From Octopus bimaculoides (taxonomy: Eukaryota): a stretch of DNA of 36,995 nucleotides. The notes below the pieces were generated by a model. That model made no database searches. It saw only the letters and a list, made by a program, of their open reading frames with translations, and was not told where the DNA came from. Both the position numbers and the translations under genes were made by a program. Positions 24,936-36,862 of the stretch are shown in pieces. The stretch covers positions 30,918,868 to 30,955,862 of the forward strand of contig NC_069001.1 in assembly GCF_001194135.2 (NCBI RefSeq), written 5' to 3'. Each line of letters opens with the position of its first letter. The first letter of the stretch is position 1.

Positions 24936-26452
24936 ATATTTACAATTATTACCATAGTAATAAACAAATTCAAGTACCCATCATAGGCACGTGAGCTCAA
25001 ACAACCCACCTAGCGGCATACTCGGTCTGGCCCCTTAATATAAATTCTAAGTCCCTATCGAACATCAGCTGAAAATTCTTACTCCTTCCAATATCTTGTA
25101 TAGCACCAGACTATGCAACTTCATAAACTCAGCTTCATGCTCAATATTCGGTGTTCTAAACGGATTTCATTAATCTACATTATCCATCGTGCTGATTTGT
25201 TAGGAACAGGTACATCAGCAAATATGATATTGGTTATTGCTTTACTGGTCAAACAATTAGAACTAAAATATAATAAAAAATACACACACGTTCCGTAACC
25301 TAAAGAAGCATACAAACACCACTCTGTCGTGGTACATTTGGTACTTGAGTAACAATTACATATCAAAAACTCGTGAAATTCTTACAGTTAAACACCAATA
25401 GAAAAGTAGATGCGTTTCCGTGATCGGTATTTCCTAAACGAATTACATTATCCATCTCCTATATGTGTTATCAGGAAGTGATATGTCGGTTATATGTTTA
25501 ATAGCCAACACACTCACATTTTATGCTACCCAGTTAAAAATACATGCAACACTTTGTCATAGGACATTTTGAACTTGGCCGAGAATCACATGGCACTTGA
25601 TAACATTTTGAATATATCAAAAACACCAAAAGCGCACTGGATTCTGACACAAAACACCAATGTAAAACTAGATGTTTCTCGTTGCTTGAATCTCTTCAGT
25701 TTCAATTCAGAGCTCGCAAAATTTTGTAGTCATTACAATTCAAATTTATTAAACAAAATGCTAACTATACACTATTCACAATTCGTTTATTCACACAAAG
25801 CCTGTTCCACAATTCTCCCCGGTCGACATGAAAACAAACACCAAGAATAACCTAATCTGACCTCGGACAGTACTATGTATAACAAACATTATCAAATTGA
25901 CTCATCAGACTGTACACTTGACTCCTGCTTCATGTTATCCTTTCATCTCTTCCATTACTAAACCTCATAGAGAAACTACTTATATATATATATATATAAA
26001 CGTCACATATGATGCCGTCTTCTTCAGATGAGGTTAATTACATGCTCACAATCAGTCATTCTTCCATATTTTATGAGTATGAAGTCGCTTCACGGATATA
26101 CATTCGTCTTTCATCTGTCAAACGGTATCTAATACTTGTGAAGACTCGCTTCGAGCTAAAGTTTGCATTGACATATGCATGTACCTAAATCTCTTAACAG
26201 CAATATCAGCGCGAAGCAATGTTCAGTCATAAGCGAAATTTAGGTTATTTAAGATATGTATGTGACATTTCAACTTGTAAATCTATAGACACAGAAATGC
26301 AAGCGAAGAGAGACATACATAGAGAACACTGTATTATAAGCTTTCAATATATAATGTGCATGTGTGTATGCATTCCACGCACTGTGTTTGTAAATTAATG
26401 CACACACAAGTTAACAGGAGCTCATACACATTAAGATATACACATATATGTG

Positions 26453-26661
26453 AAGGCAGCAAGCTAGCAGAAATGTTAGCACGCCGGGCAAAATGCTTAG
26501 CGGTATTTCGTCTATCTTTACGTTTCGAGTTTAAATTCTGCCGAGGTCGACTTTGCGTTTCGGGGTCGATAAATTAAGTACCAGTTGCATACTGGGTCGA
26601 TCTAATCCACTGGCCCCCCTCCCCCAAAGTTTCCGGCCCTGTGCCTGGAGTAGAAAAGAAT
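26453..26661 (+). mobile_element. Full-length SINE family X
   Basis: aaggcagcaagctagcagaaatgttagcacgccgggc...gagtagaaaagaat; matches 14685-14910. Confidence 0.9.
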
Positions 26662-28050
26662 ATATATACATAGAGGGCAAATATGAGAGTATTAAAGTTC
26701 CTCTATCCGTTCTAAGAACTATCAACTTCGAGATGAGTTACTGCAGTAAGAATAAAATATTAGCTGTGACCACGATGTTAATAGACAAGTCACTGTAAAT
26801 AGCTGCACATCAGAAGAGAGAATGAGTTTGTATATAATAACATAGATAAGGAAAAACTAGAAGAAGAAGATGATGATGATGATGATGAGAAATGTGTTGT
26901 TGATTTAATAAGACGAGATATTCCAGATCAGAGGTTAGAAAGTTTGTTGTTAATTAAGGCGAACTAATCACGACAACATGTCTTATTAACACGTTTCCAG
27001 TTTTGCTTATCTTGATTTTCTTACCTGACGAATGATTAACTATTTGATTAATTTCTTAAAAATCTATTAATATTTAAACGGTCTTTTTCAGCTCGTCTGC
27101 GGCTTCTACATCTTTCAATCTCTCTTGCTCCCTCTCCCACTTTGTTCTCTCTGCCTTTCACTCTTTCTCTCTACTTCACTCCGTCGCATTAATCGCCATA
27201 TCTGTTTCTATTTCCCTCCGTCGTATTTATCTTCGTATCTGTGTTGGTGTTTCTCTGTTGTGTTTATCTCCATATCCGTCTCTTGTTTTACTCTTGTAGC
27301 TTTTCCATTCCAGTCTTTGACATACTTACGCTTTTATTATCTTTGCTATTAGGCTTCTTTGCCTATCGGTTCTTCGTCTACTTTGCAGGCGTCATTATTT
27401 ATGATTCTTCCTATATCTTCGTTAATTAAACTCGCCCACTCAAGGAGATAACTTCTACACTGTACTACAAGGAAAAATAACTAACTAAACAACAACTCAA
27501 AACACAAAATCAACACCAGCAACAACAACAACTTAATCAACAAAAGCAATCACTCAATTCAAGGCCAGAATATATTTATTACGCTCCCGCCGCTGCCTAA
27601 TTTTATTTATTCATAAAAAAATATCAAAACAATTACAAAATTAATTAAAAATAGATTCTCGTAGAGGAAAGAAACTATTTGCTTATATATTTGTTACACG
27701 TGATTGCTTTTCTAAAGTTTTTTTGACGTAATTTTATAAATGTTCCTATACGACTATTTTTTCTTTTGTTTTTGTTTTTAAATTTTACTCATTTATATGT
27801 CTGTGTAAGCTAGCATTGTTGTTGTTGTCGTTGTGAAGACAACAAATGATTCTTTATCAAAGCTAGCAAAATGCTAGCTTATCAAAGAAATGTGTAATTA
27901 TGTCAAATTTTAATCGTGCATATGTTAAACCGTATCTCTGAAGCGAAGACTATTCAAAACACTTCAATCTCACTCTCTCACACACACACACACGCGCACG
28001 TGTGTGTGTTTGCGATTGAAGTTTCTCGAACAGTCTATATTGTTGATGTC

Positions 28051-28088
<38 letters not shown>

Positions 28089-28131
28089 TTTGATATTTAG
28101 GAGAAGCAACAGATTAACTCCTGTATATATC

Positions 28132-28134
<3 letters not shown>

Positions 28135-28220
<86 letters not shown>
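28135..28220. repeat. (TA)n microsatellite
   Basis: Direct run. Confidence 0.95.
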
Positions 28221-28223
<3 letters not shown>

Positions 28224-28244
28224 AATAATATATATACATGCATA

Positions 28245-29030
28245 TATGGGTTCAGGACGTCACCAACAGTGCAAATAACATGAAATACATAAACAACGAG
28301 AAAAATGGATGACAGGACAACTAAACACAGAGAAAGGACCCTTCATCGGTTGTCAGATGTCTATCTACTCCTTATTTTAAGCATTCAATGACAAAATGCG
28401 TCTTCAAAGCAGTTACTCCCATAAATAGGACCCTCAATGTTTAAACAAACATTCGGTTTCCTTGTCTGTCTCCACTGCCATATTTTAGTTTTCTTTCCTA
28501 TCTAATAGTTTATTATTATTGTTTTTTACCTTTGCTTGAAATAAATTTTCTTGAGGGATGTATGGATATATTTTGTATTTTTAATATTTTCTCTTCCAAT
28601 ATTATCCTAGACTTGCTATTTATTTATTTACATTAAATTTTGTTGCATTATTATTATAAACATAAATAATAAGTTATTTTTCTTATTATAATTATATATT
28701 TATAAATACATGAATATTTCTGCTTCCTGTTTTCCGGTTTTTTTTTCTCCTTCTCTATACCCTATGATATTATATTAATCGTTTCTTTTCTTTCTGTAAG
28801 TAAAATATATACTACCTTCTCCCCCTATGTCAGATTTAGTCCTCTGTAACCGACTCTTTTTGTATATATGCCATCAGTTATCGGTTTTATAGCCGTTATC
28901 TTAACATGTATTTCTAATCGGTATAACTTTACTACCTCTGAAGAGATTCATCTTATAATGATTTTAATTTTATAACCTAATTACCTAAAAATTCCTGATT
29001 CGAAACAGCTCTCAGAGGTGTTTTCATATT
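28245..29030. mobile_element. Penelope-like element remnant(s), possibly two oppositely oriented terminal fragments
   Basis: Starts at (TA)n and ends in a hammerhead-like motif on +; left part resembles a PLE terminal repeat on -; no RT or GIY-YIG ORF recognisable. Confidence 0.4.
28934..29020 (+). ncRNA. Degenerate type I hammerhead-like motif
   Basis: CUGAAGA 28938-28944; helix II GAUUCA/UGAUUC (5 of 6 pairs) closing a 45-nt AU loop; GAAA 29002-29005; ACAGCUCU one change from palindrome ACAGCUGU; ACCU/AGGU helix I with 2-nt offset. Confidence 0.5.
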
Positions 29031-29043
29031 TTAAAACTGAATT

Positions 29044-29127
29044 GCACAAGGAAGCGCACCGTGAGTCTGAACTGAAAACCACGTGATTGTAAAGCGATTT
29101 TCTTAATCACACATCTTTGCATGTGCC
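29044..29127 (-). mobile_element. Degenerate head of SINE family Y
   Basis: Reverse: aggcacatgcaaagatgtgtgattaagaaaatcgctttacaatcacgtggttttcagttcagactcacggtgcgcttccttgtgc. Confidence 0.5.
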
Positions 29128-30682
29128 TTCTTTTGTTACATTTATTATTATTTTATCTCTTTTTAAATCATATTTAAATCAGTTAATTTTTTTGACCACT
29201 GTTGTGTGCATGTACTTCTACTAAAACCTTTGATACAGATTTCATATAAACACTGAATATCGAAAAAACCTGGTCAAGATATCCTGGAATAGATCTATAT
29301 ATTTCTTAGGTTTAAATTTGTAAAAATAAAAGTAACACTTCAGAGTTTACGACTATACTTTGTCTTGTGAAATTGAGTTAAAATCGAACACACGGGAACG
29401 ATTTTATTCTCAATGCAACGAATTTTGAATACAAAATACGAAATACAACGCAATAAGCAGCTTTTGATTTTCCTTATAAAATCCCATTTATATTCTATTT
29501 CTATGCAATGATAAGTAAACTAGAATGAAAATGGAGAACAGGTATTTACCGTAATTTAAATCTAATTGTTTTTTGCTTTTGTGTAGATTCACAACTCCAG
29601 ACTGTAAGGATATAATAAAACGTGAACGAGTCGAACGGAAAATAGGTGTTTACAATGATATTTAGACTGATTGTCTTTGTGTAGATATGCAAACTCTAAG
29701 TAAAAGGCAATAACAAATATATTTATAGTTGGAATCAATAAAAATAATATTAGTCGGTGACTAATATTGCTTTTCCCTACCGTATAATTTATTCTAGTTA
29801 GCTTTGCAGATACTGCTTTACATTATATGCGTTAGCGCTGACTTAACTACATTTCCGTTGCTGGCGCCTCAATGTAATCGTCTCCATTCTACGAGGTCTA
29901 TCCTATTATTTGATAGAATTTTAAGTGAATGCATTTGATATCAGCATCTAGAGACGTGGGGAACTTTAGCAGGGTGCGTTGTGTCATGGCTATTCGTCCC
30001 TACTCCGTCATTTAGTTTGGCGGTCTTGTAATGTGTCATGGACACAGTTTTTTCTCTTAAGTGAGAATACAAATTAATTTTTCTTCTTTTTGTCTTATTT
30101 AAAAAACGATCACACTATTTCCGCAATCATTTCACATCCTTGCTAAGTATATCGACGCATTTAATTCGGTTGTTTCAATTTTATCTTTCGATTTTGCTAG
30201 AGAGGTTATGTTGATATTTTTGTAACTCTCTATGTGACACTCTCTAACTAACTCTCTCTCTCTTAGTAACACACATTTTCTCTCTCTCCCTTTGTAACAC
30301 ACACTCTCCCTATGTAACTCTTTCTCTTTCCATCTCTCTTTCACTGTAACTCTCACTATGTTACTCTCTGTATTTTATTTGCATATCTTAGTTTTGAGTC
30401 TTTTTTTTTTTTTAATTTTTTATTTATGTGTTTCAGCCAAGTGGCTGCGGCTGCGGTCATGCTGGTGCACCACCGTGTCGATGTATCAGTACTTATATGT
30501 ATGTATGTATGTATACATATATGTATGTATATATACATGCATGTATATATGTATGTCTCTTCTATTTTTAATTATTTTATATCTCCAACTGAGGAGAGAG
30601 CCGGTTTCCAACAAAAATAGACGGCTCCATCTTTGGGATGTAGTTAACACAGACAAATTCACTATATATGTATGTAGGTATG

Positions 30683-30837
30683 CACTAGCGTCGCTAGAGT
30701 GTGCACCGCCCGGAGCAGCCCTTCCGTTTGCTGCACCCGGACTCCACAAAATTCACATATTGCTCAAAGCAATAACCCACAACAGGATGAAATGTGCCGC
30801 TCAGTGCGGACTTCCCTTAAGGCTCCCCAAGCTACGC
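30683..30837. mobile_element. GC-rich hAT-like MITE remnant
   Basis: Ends CACTAGCGTCGCTAGAG... and ...CCCCAAGCTACGC are imperfect inverted repeats of the CAGTGGCGTAGC type; no TSD found. Confidence 0.35.
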
Positions 30838-30945
30838 TCTCTGCTCAACTTTCTCCGTCATGCTCAATGCGATGACTAGAAGCTACAAATCTTTCTTTCT
30901 AGCGATGCTGCAAACAGCGGAAGTGAGCTAGAACGTTAAAACTCA
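30838..30945 (-). mobile_element. mariner-like transposon 5' fragment
   Basis: Reverse ATG at 30861 gives MTEKVEQR, resembling mariner transposase N-termini (M..VEQR.CIKFC); broken immediately after. Confidence 0.5.
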
Positions 30946-31027
30946 GTGATAATGGCTGCTTTTATTTCTACAAAACGAGCAAAGCAGAAAAACGAGAATA
31001 TAAATATATATATATACACACACACGT

Positions 31028-31230
31028 CCGTATCACCGCTTGACAATCGGTCCTGGAATGTTTACGTCTCCGTAACTTAGCGGTTGGGCAATAAGGGACA
31101 CATAAAATAAGTATTAGGCTTACAAATTATAAGCCTTGGGGGATCGATTATTTCGACTAAAAATGTCTCTTAAAGGTGGTGCCCTAGCATGACAGCTGTT
31201 ATATGACTGAATCAATTAAATAACAAAAGG
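31028..31230 (+). mobile_element. 3' half of SINE family Y
   Basis: caccgcttgacaatcggtcctggaatgtttacgtctccgtaacttagcggttgggc...aaggtggtgccctagcatgacagctg; preceded by TA/CA repeats. Confidence 0.75.
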
Positions 31231-32344
31231 TATATTTCTCTGATATTCAAATGAGGTTTGCTAATTTTTTTACCCAATATCTCGCTTATTTCTATTTAAA
31301 ATGTTATTTTGAAATGTTATTTTGATCATTCCAGTGTCTTCTAAGGCTGTTTTATGCTAGAAATCAAAGTTTGATAAAAAAAATTCCAGTTAATTATGGG
31401 AGGTAATGGGTTAAACTTTGCGCGACGCGTGCGAAATCAAAAAGAAAAAAAATGTTATTCGTTCAAAATAACCATCTTCTATGAATAGTGTGTACCATGA
31501 TCCATAAGGTCGTTGTAGAGAGTTGATAAAGTAATGTCATGACACAAAGCATCTGGTGCGTCTGGAGCAAACAGTTTCTGAGAAAACACGTGATGTTCAT
31601 ATTACTTGAATGCATTTCATTCTTGCGTTTTTACTCCATCAAGTTTGAACTAGGGTTACCCGACAACAAGCGTAAACATAGCAACGACAACATCTACCGA
31701 CGTAAACAGTTTGTGTATGCCCCTATATAGATATACGTGTGTGTGATTGTGTAGCTGTGTGCATTTGAAACTGATTGTGACTGTAGGAGATAAAACGGAT
31801 ATAGATGAAGCCATTTTGTCTACAGACTTCTCAAGTTTTATAGAACGTCTCCCTTCTGGAAGAAAATTTAATTCTTTGCTTCATCCTTAAGATTCTTGAG
31901 TAAATCTTACATAGACAAGTTCTCATTTTCTTTGACCTTATTCTTCGACAAGAGAAAATTAAATATCGACCACCATTCCAATCTGTTAATGTAATGTTTC
32001 TTCTATCGAAAATAGTGCCGCATAAATTTTAAGCAACAAATCCGTTCTGTATAATTACATCCTATTTCACTCTTTCAGCGAATGTGTAAGTCGTAATTTG
32101 GTGATTTTAGTTGCGTGTATGGATGAACGCATTTAATATATATATATATATATATATATATNNNNNNNNNNNNNNNNNNNNNNNNNNNNNNNNNNNNNNN
32201 NNNNNNNNNNNNNNNNNNNNNNNNNNNNNNNNNNNNNNNNNNNNNNNNNNNNNNNNNNNNNGTATATATATATATATAGGAATGTATTTACAAAAGCACA
32301 TACATTTGTATATATACATATGTGTGGGTTTCTGCGTGTATGAC

Positions 32345-32725
32345 TCTGTGTGTGTGTGTATGTGTGTGTGTGTGTGTGTGTAGAATGTACATTTACGTAT
32401 ATCAGTACATAATCTTACGCATTAACTTATATAATGCTATGTATATTTTATTATGTGCGTGTGTATGTGTGTATTTGACTGTGTCTGTATTTGTGCAAGT
32501 TTGTGTATGTGTATCTGTGCGTCTGGTTGTTTGTGGGTGGGTGTGAGTGTTTGTGTTTTTGTGTGTGTTTGTATGTGTCTATATATAAGTGCGTGTCTGT
32601 GTGTGTGTGTATGTGTATGTATTTGTACCTATGTTTCTGCGTTTGTGCGTGTGTGTGTTTCTGCGTTTGTGTGTGTGTATATGTGTGTGTGTGTTTTTAT
32701 GTCCATGTGTGTTTATGTGCGTGGG
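32345..32725. repeat. Degenerate (TG)n field
   Basis: Direct composition. Confidence 0.85.
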
Positions 32726-33410
32726 TGTACCGAGAGAGAGTGAGGGGGGAAAGGTCATTAAAAGAGAGTCAGCATTTAACGGTGAAGAAGAGACAGATGT
32801 AGGTTTTGATAAACACAGACAGAGAGAGAGAGACAGACAGACAGAGGGAGTGAGAGAGAATGATAGAGAGCAATGAAGAGAAATAAGCGTCCGTTAGAGA
32901 CAAGAATGTATGATTGTATGTGTGGATCCGGTAAGAAGAAAATCAATGCAGTGTTATTTAAAATGTCAAAACGTTTCTTAAATTTACAATGACTTCTCTT
33001 CAAATATTAAACACAGGTAGTAAAGGAGTAATAAATGTCTCGTTTGTGTTCATTATTCTTAAAATGCTATAATGATTTGTAAAGGGAAACAGAGACACGT
33101 TTCACAAAGGTTTGACAAGTTTCAACGTTATAGATAGCTTATCGGCTCATTAAACCTTAATGTATCTCGTTGTTTTTGTTATTCTACTACATTCGTGTTA
33201 GATATTTTAGTATTAAGATTTTAACACAATTTCCTTTTCCGAGATTTTTTAAAAATAATTTTGTTATTTGCTTGGCCAATTGTTTCGGTTCTGACTCTGT
33301 GATCGAAGTATGTAAAGTACCATAGTGTTAGGTGAGAGGCTGAATAAATGGGACATGTCTGCTGTCTCTCGTGTCTAGCTTTCTATCTTCGGCAAGAAGT
33401 AACCCCATTA

Positions 33411-33454
<44 letters not shown>

Positions 33455-33898
33455 NNNNNNNNNNNNNNNNNNNNNNNNNNNNNNNNNNNNNNNNNNNNNN
33501 NNNNNNNNNNNNNNNNNNNNNNNNNNNNNNNNNNNNNNNNNNNNNNNNNNNNNNNNNNNNNNNNNNNNNNNNNNNNNNNNNNNNNNNNNNNNNNNNNNNN
33601 NNNNNNNNNNNNNNNNNNNNNNNNNNNNNNNNNNNNNNNNNNNNNNNNNNNNNNNNNNNNNNNNNNNNNNNNNNNNNNNNNNNNNNNNNNNNNNNNNNNN
33701 NNNNNNNNNNNNNNNNNNNNNNNNNNNNNNNNNNNNNNNNNNNNNNNNNNNNNNNNNNNNNNNNNNNNNNNNNNNNNNNNNNNNNNNNNNNNNNNNNNNN
33801 NNNNNNNNNNNNNNNNNNNNNNNNNNNNNNNNNNNNNNNNTTAAAATTTACGCAGACGCTTATACGTGTGTTCTTATATAAGAGCAGCCTTTTTCGAA

Positions 33899-35010
33899 AT
33901 GTGTCTTATAAACGATATTTTGAGAAATAGTTTTTCGAAAAGTGACTTCGATGGAAAACAATTAATTATAAACGGTGGAAGACAAACACCGAATTTACCT
34001 AATTTGCGAAGCTACAAGAAATTCACGAGACAATTTCAGGTTAATTTGTATGAAATGAAAAAATGGATAACTGGTAGCGCTACACTTAATAAATTATTCT
34101 GTTGGCCCTGTTTACTTTTTTACTTAGAAAAAGAATGTTTGGAATGATAAAGGCTATGATGTTTTAAATAATTTACCTATGGCTTTTTTTAAATTGATAA
34201 ATTTTAAAATATTCGGAAATGTTCGCATAGACTGACAATTAGATGCATGTAAAAATCAAAGCATACAACATCATAATGAGAGAGAAAGTTAGACGAAACA
34301 GATCCATTCTGCAACGATTGATCGATCTTGTTATTTTTGTTAGGGCTCCAGGAATTATCGTTTCGGGGTCATTTTGAATGTGAAGGCTCTAATAATCGTG
34401 GAAATTATAAAGAACTCGTATATTTAATCAGTAAATATGACAACAAAATGGAAAGTCATCTAGATACAACTTCTATCTTCTCCGGTCTGTCAAACAGAAT
34501 TCAAAATGACTTGATCGATGCAATTCATAAAGTTATGTTGAATGAGCTTGCTCAATTTCCTTATTCATCTAAGATTGTTTCTTTTCTTGTTGATGAGACA
34601 TCTGATGTCTCAGCATATTCACAACTGTCAACAGTTTTACGTTACGTTACAAAAGACTGTGTGACGAAGGAACGATTTATCGGTTTCAGTGATGTTAGTG
34701 CAGATCGATCTGCAAATGCTTTATCTGAATATTTTTTAAATGTATTGAGACGTGGGAATGTGCAAACAAATCGATTGCACAGACATATGACGGTGCCGCT
34801 ACAATGGCAGGACAATTAAATGGGTTACAGCCAAAAGTAAGAAATAAATATGAATGTGCGATCTTTATTCATTGTTGTGCCCATATCCTAAATTTAGTTC
34901 TTTCACAATCATGCTCTGCTATGAAAGAATGCAAGTTGATGAGTATTGCAAACAATTTCCTGTGGACTCTTTAGATTCTTTAAATATAACTTATGGCAGA
35001 TTATTTGATG
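33899..35010 (+). pseudogene. hAT-superfamily transposase pseudogene (ZMYM1/DUF4371-like), frameshifted and internally deleted
   Basis: Motifs in order across several frames: W..GS...LFCWPCLLF (TTF-type Zn finger region); LSFRGH...NRGNYKEL; NRIQNDLI; VDETSDVS..QLS.VLRYV; ERFIGF; QTYDGAATMAG; FIHCCAHILNLVL; then a jump to a FPVDSLDSL...YGRLFD segment. Confidence 0.9.
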
Positions 35011-35371
35011 TAATGTGTGTGTTTATGTCGGTGGGTGTGCGTGTGTGTGTGTATACATATACGTATATGTACACGTGATTTTGTGTGTGTGCATGTGAGT
35101 GTTTATATATTCGTATATAATTATGTGCTTCTGTGTGGGGACGTGTTTGTGTGTGTGCGCGTGTATGTGCGTGCGTGTGTGCCGGTGTTTCCATGCGTGT
35201 ATGGATATGTTTGTGAATCGAAGATTTCTGGTCACCGAACGCATGGATTTCTTCTGTCATTTAAACGCGTAACCTATTTACAAATTTGATAATGATGATT
35301 CTGCCTGAAAATTACACGAATACAAGTTCCTGTGGAACATACCGTCATTTCCATTATTTCGTTTGTCTTTA

Positions 35372-35538
35372 CGGTATCTCGTCGTTGCTTTGCGTTCTGA
35401 ATTCAAATTCCGTTGCCGTCGACCATGTCCCTCATCCTTTCTAGATCGATATCGTAAGTGCCATTTAAGCTGGTGTTGATGTAATCGATTAGTCCCCGCT
35501 CACGAATTTGCTGGCCTTTTGCCAAAATTTGAAACAAA
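35372..35538 (+). mobile_element. Old degenerate SINE family X
   Basis: cggtatctcgtc...cgttctgaattcaaattcc...gtcgac...catcctttc...gatgtaatcgatt. Confidence 0.65.
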
Positions 35539-35730
35539 TAATGCTGTATGTTTGGGGCCATTAAATATTCATTCCATTTATATCCAAACAATTACAAATG
35601 ATTTCGTTGAGGAGAATCGAACCTGATACCATATGTTACCCATTATTGGTGCTATATATACTCCATAAGCATGTTTAAAATAATATATAATAGATCAAGG
35701 GTAACATACCTCAAGTAGAGTAAAAATGAA

Positions 35731-35775
35731 ATTCATTAGACATAAATTCATTTGACATAAATTCATTTGACATAA
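35731..35775. repeat. 15-bp tandem repeat, 3 copies
   Basis: attcatt(a/t)gacataa at 35731, 35746, 35761. Confidence 0.95.
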
Positions 35776-35836
35776 AGAAAATAATATTTAAAGAATGTGT
35801 TTCTCGTTATCTATGATTTTCTTCCTTCCGCATCAA

Positions 35837-35904
35837 CAGGGGTAACGTCGGCGTAAATAAATATATTCTGGGATAATCGGTTAAAAAATGTTCCCCGACC
35901 CCTG
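35837..35904. mobile_element. Tiny hAT/Charlie-like end remnant
   Basis: CAGGGGT...ACCCCTG termini; right end aaaaatgttccccgacccctg is Charlie-like; no 8-bp TSD. Confidence 0.3.
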
Positions 35905-36335
35905 CTGTAGTGGACTCCTCTATTTGAAGCAAAATTGTCATTCTTTTGTAAACGTATTTCTAAACGTTGAAATTAAAATCGAATTGAACTTCATGTAAGT
36001 GAAAAGTGCATGCGTCATTTTGTGAGTGAATCTAAAGGAATACAGTATATATATATATATATATATATATNNNNNNNNNNNNNNNNNNNNNNNNNNNNNN
36101 NNNNNNNNNNNNNNNNNNNNNNNNNNNNNNNNNNNNNNNNNNNNNNNNNNNNNNNNNNNNNNNNNNNNNNNNNNNNNNNNNNNNNNNNNNNNNNNNNNNN
36201 NNNNNNNNNNNNNNNNNNNNNNNNNNNNNNNNNNNNNNNNNNNNNNNNNNNNNNNNNNNNNNNNNNNNNNNNNNNNNNNNNNNNNNNNNNNNNNNNNNNN
36301 NNNNNNNNNNNNNNNNNNNNNNNNNNNNNNNNNNN

Positions 36336-36845
36336 AAACGTAAGACATTATGACCTGTTATGAAAACAATAGATGGATAAGGTTATGACTTGATTCATTT
36401 TTTAAAAACCGTTAGAGAATTGGACGCTGCCGGATAGTGGGTTGGACAACACATACCAATCAATGTGTAAGAGCGTACATGCATACATAAATACACATAC
36501 ACAAACACACACATATACATGCATACTGATACACACACATATACATATATATATGTATATACACATATATATGTATATACACATATATGTATATACACAT
36601 ATATATATGTATGTATATACACATATATATATGTATATGTGTGTGTGTGTATCAGTATGCATGTATATGTGTGTGTTTGTGTATGTGTATTTATGTATGC
36701 ATGTACGCTCTTACACATTGATTGGTATGTGTTGTCCAACCCACTATCCGGCAGCGTCCAATTCTCTAACGGTTTTTAAAAAATGAATCAAGTCATAACC
36801 TTATCCATCTATTGTTTTCATAACCGGTCATAATGTCTTACGTTT
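36336..36845. repeat. Inverted duplication: about 203-bp arms around a quasi-palindromic microsatellite spacer
   Basis: 36336-36538 is the reverse complement of 36643-36845 with one mismatch (36356/36825); left arm starts at a gap edge. Confidence 0.95.
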
Positions 36846-36862
36846 AAGATGATTCCCATGCT

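Noticed and set aside
25569-25850. 93-aa ORF
   Set aside because: TTG start, no motif, no splice support.
25990-26030. CUGAAGA on the minus strand
   Set aside because: No downstream GAAA; runs into (TA)n.
27023-27430. Minus-strand donor CAG|GTAAGA with a purine-rich upstream stretch, and a + strand CTGACGA
   Set aside because: Stops in all frames, so at most a UTR exon with no support; the CTGACGA lacks a GAAA partner.
30587-30630. CUGAGGA followed by a GAGCC/GGCUC stem
   Set aside because: GAAA and NUH/helix I are absent.
31380-31414. piggyBac-like end (...GGG TTAA)
   Set aside because: No matching TTAA CCC left end found.
35605-35650. B-box-like GGTTCGATTCT on the minus strand
   Set aside because: No cloverleaf or A-box; not a tRNA gene, at most a SINE relic.
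948-36786. Dozens of supplied ORFs rich in YI, CV, HT, poly-I/L/D/N or X
   Set aside because: Translations of microsatellites and N gaps.
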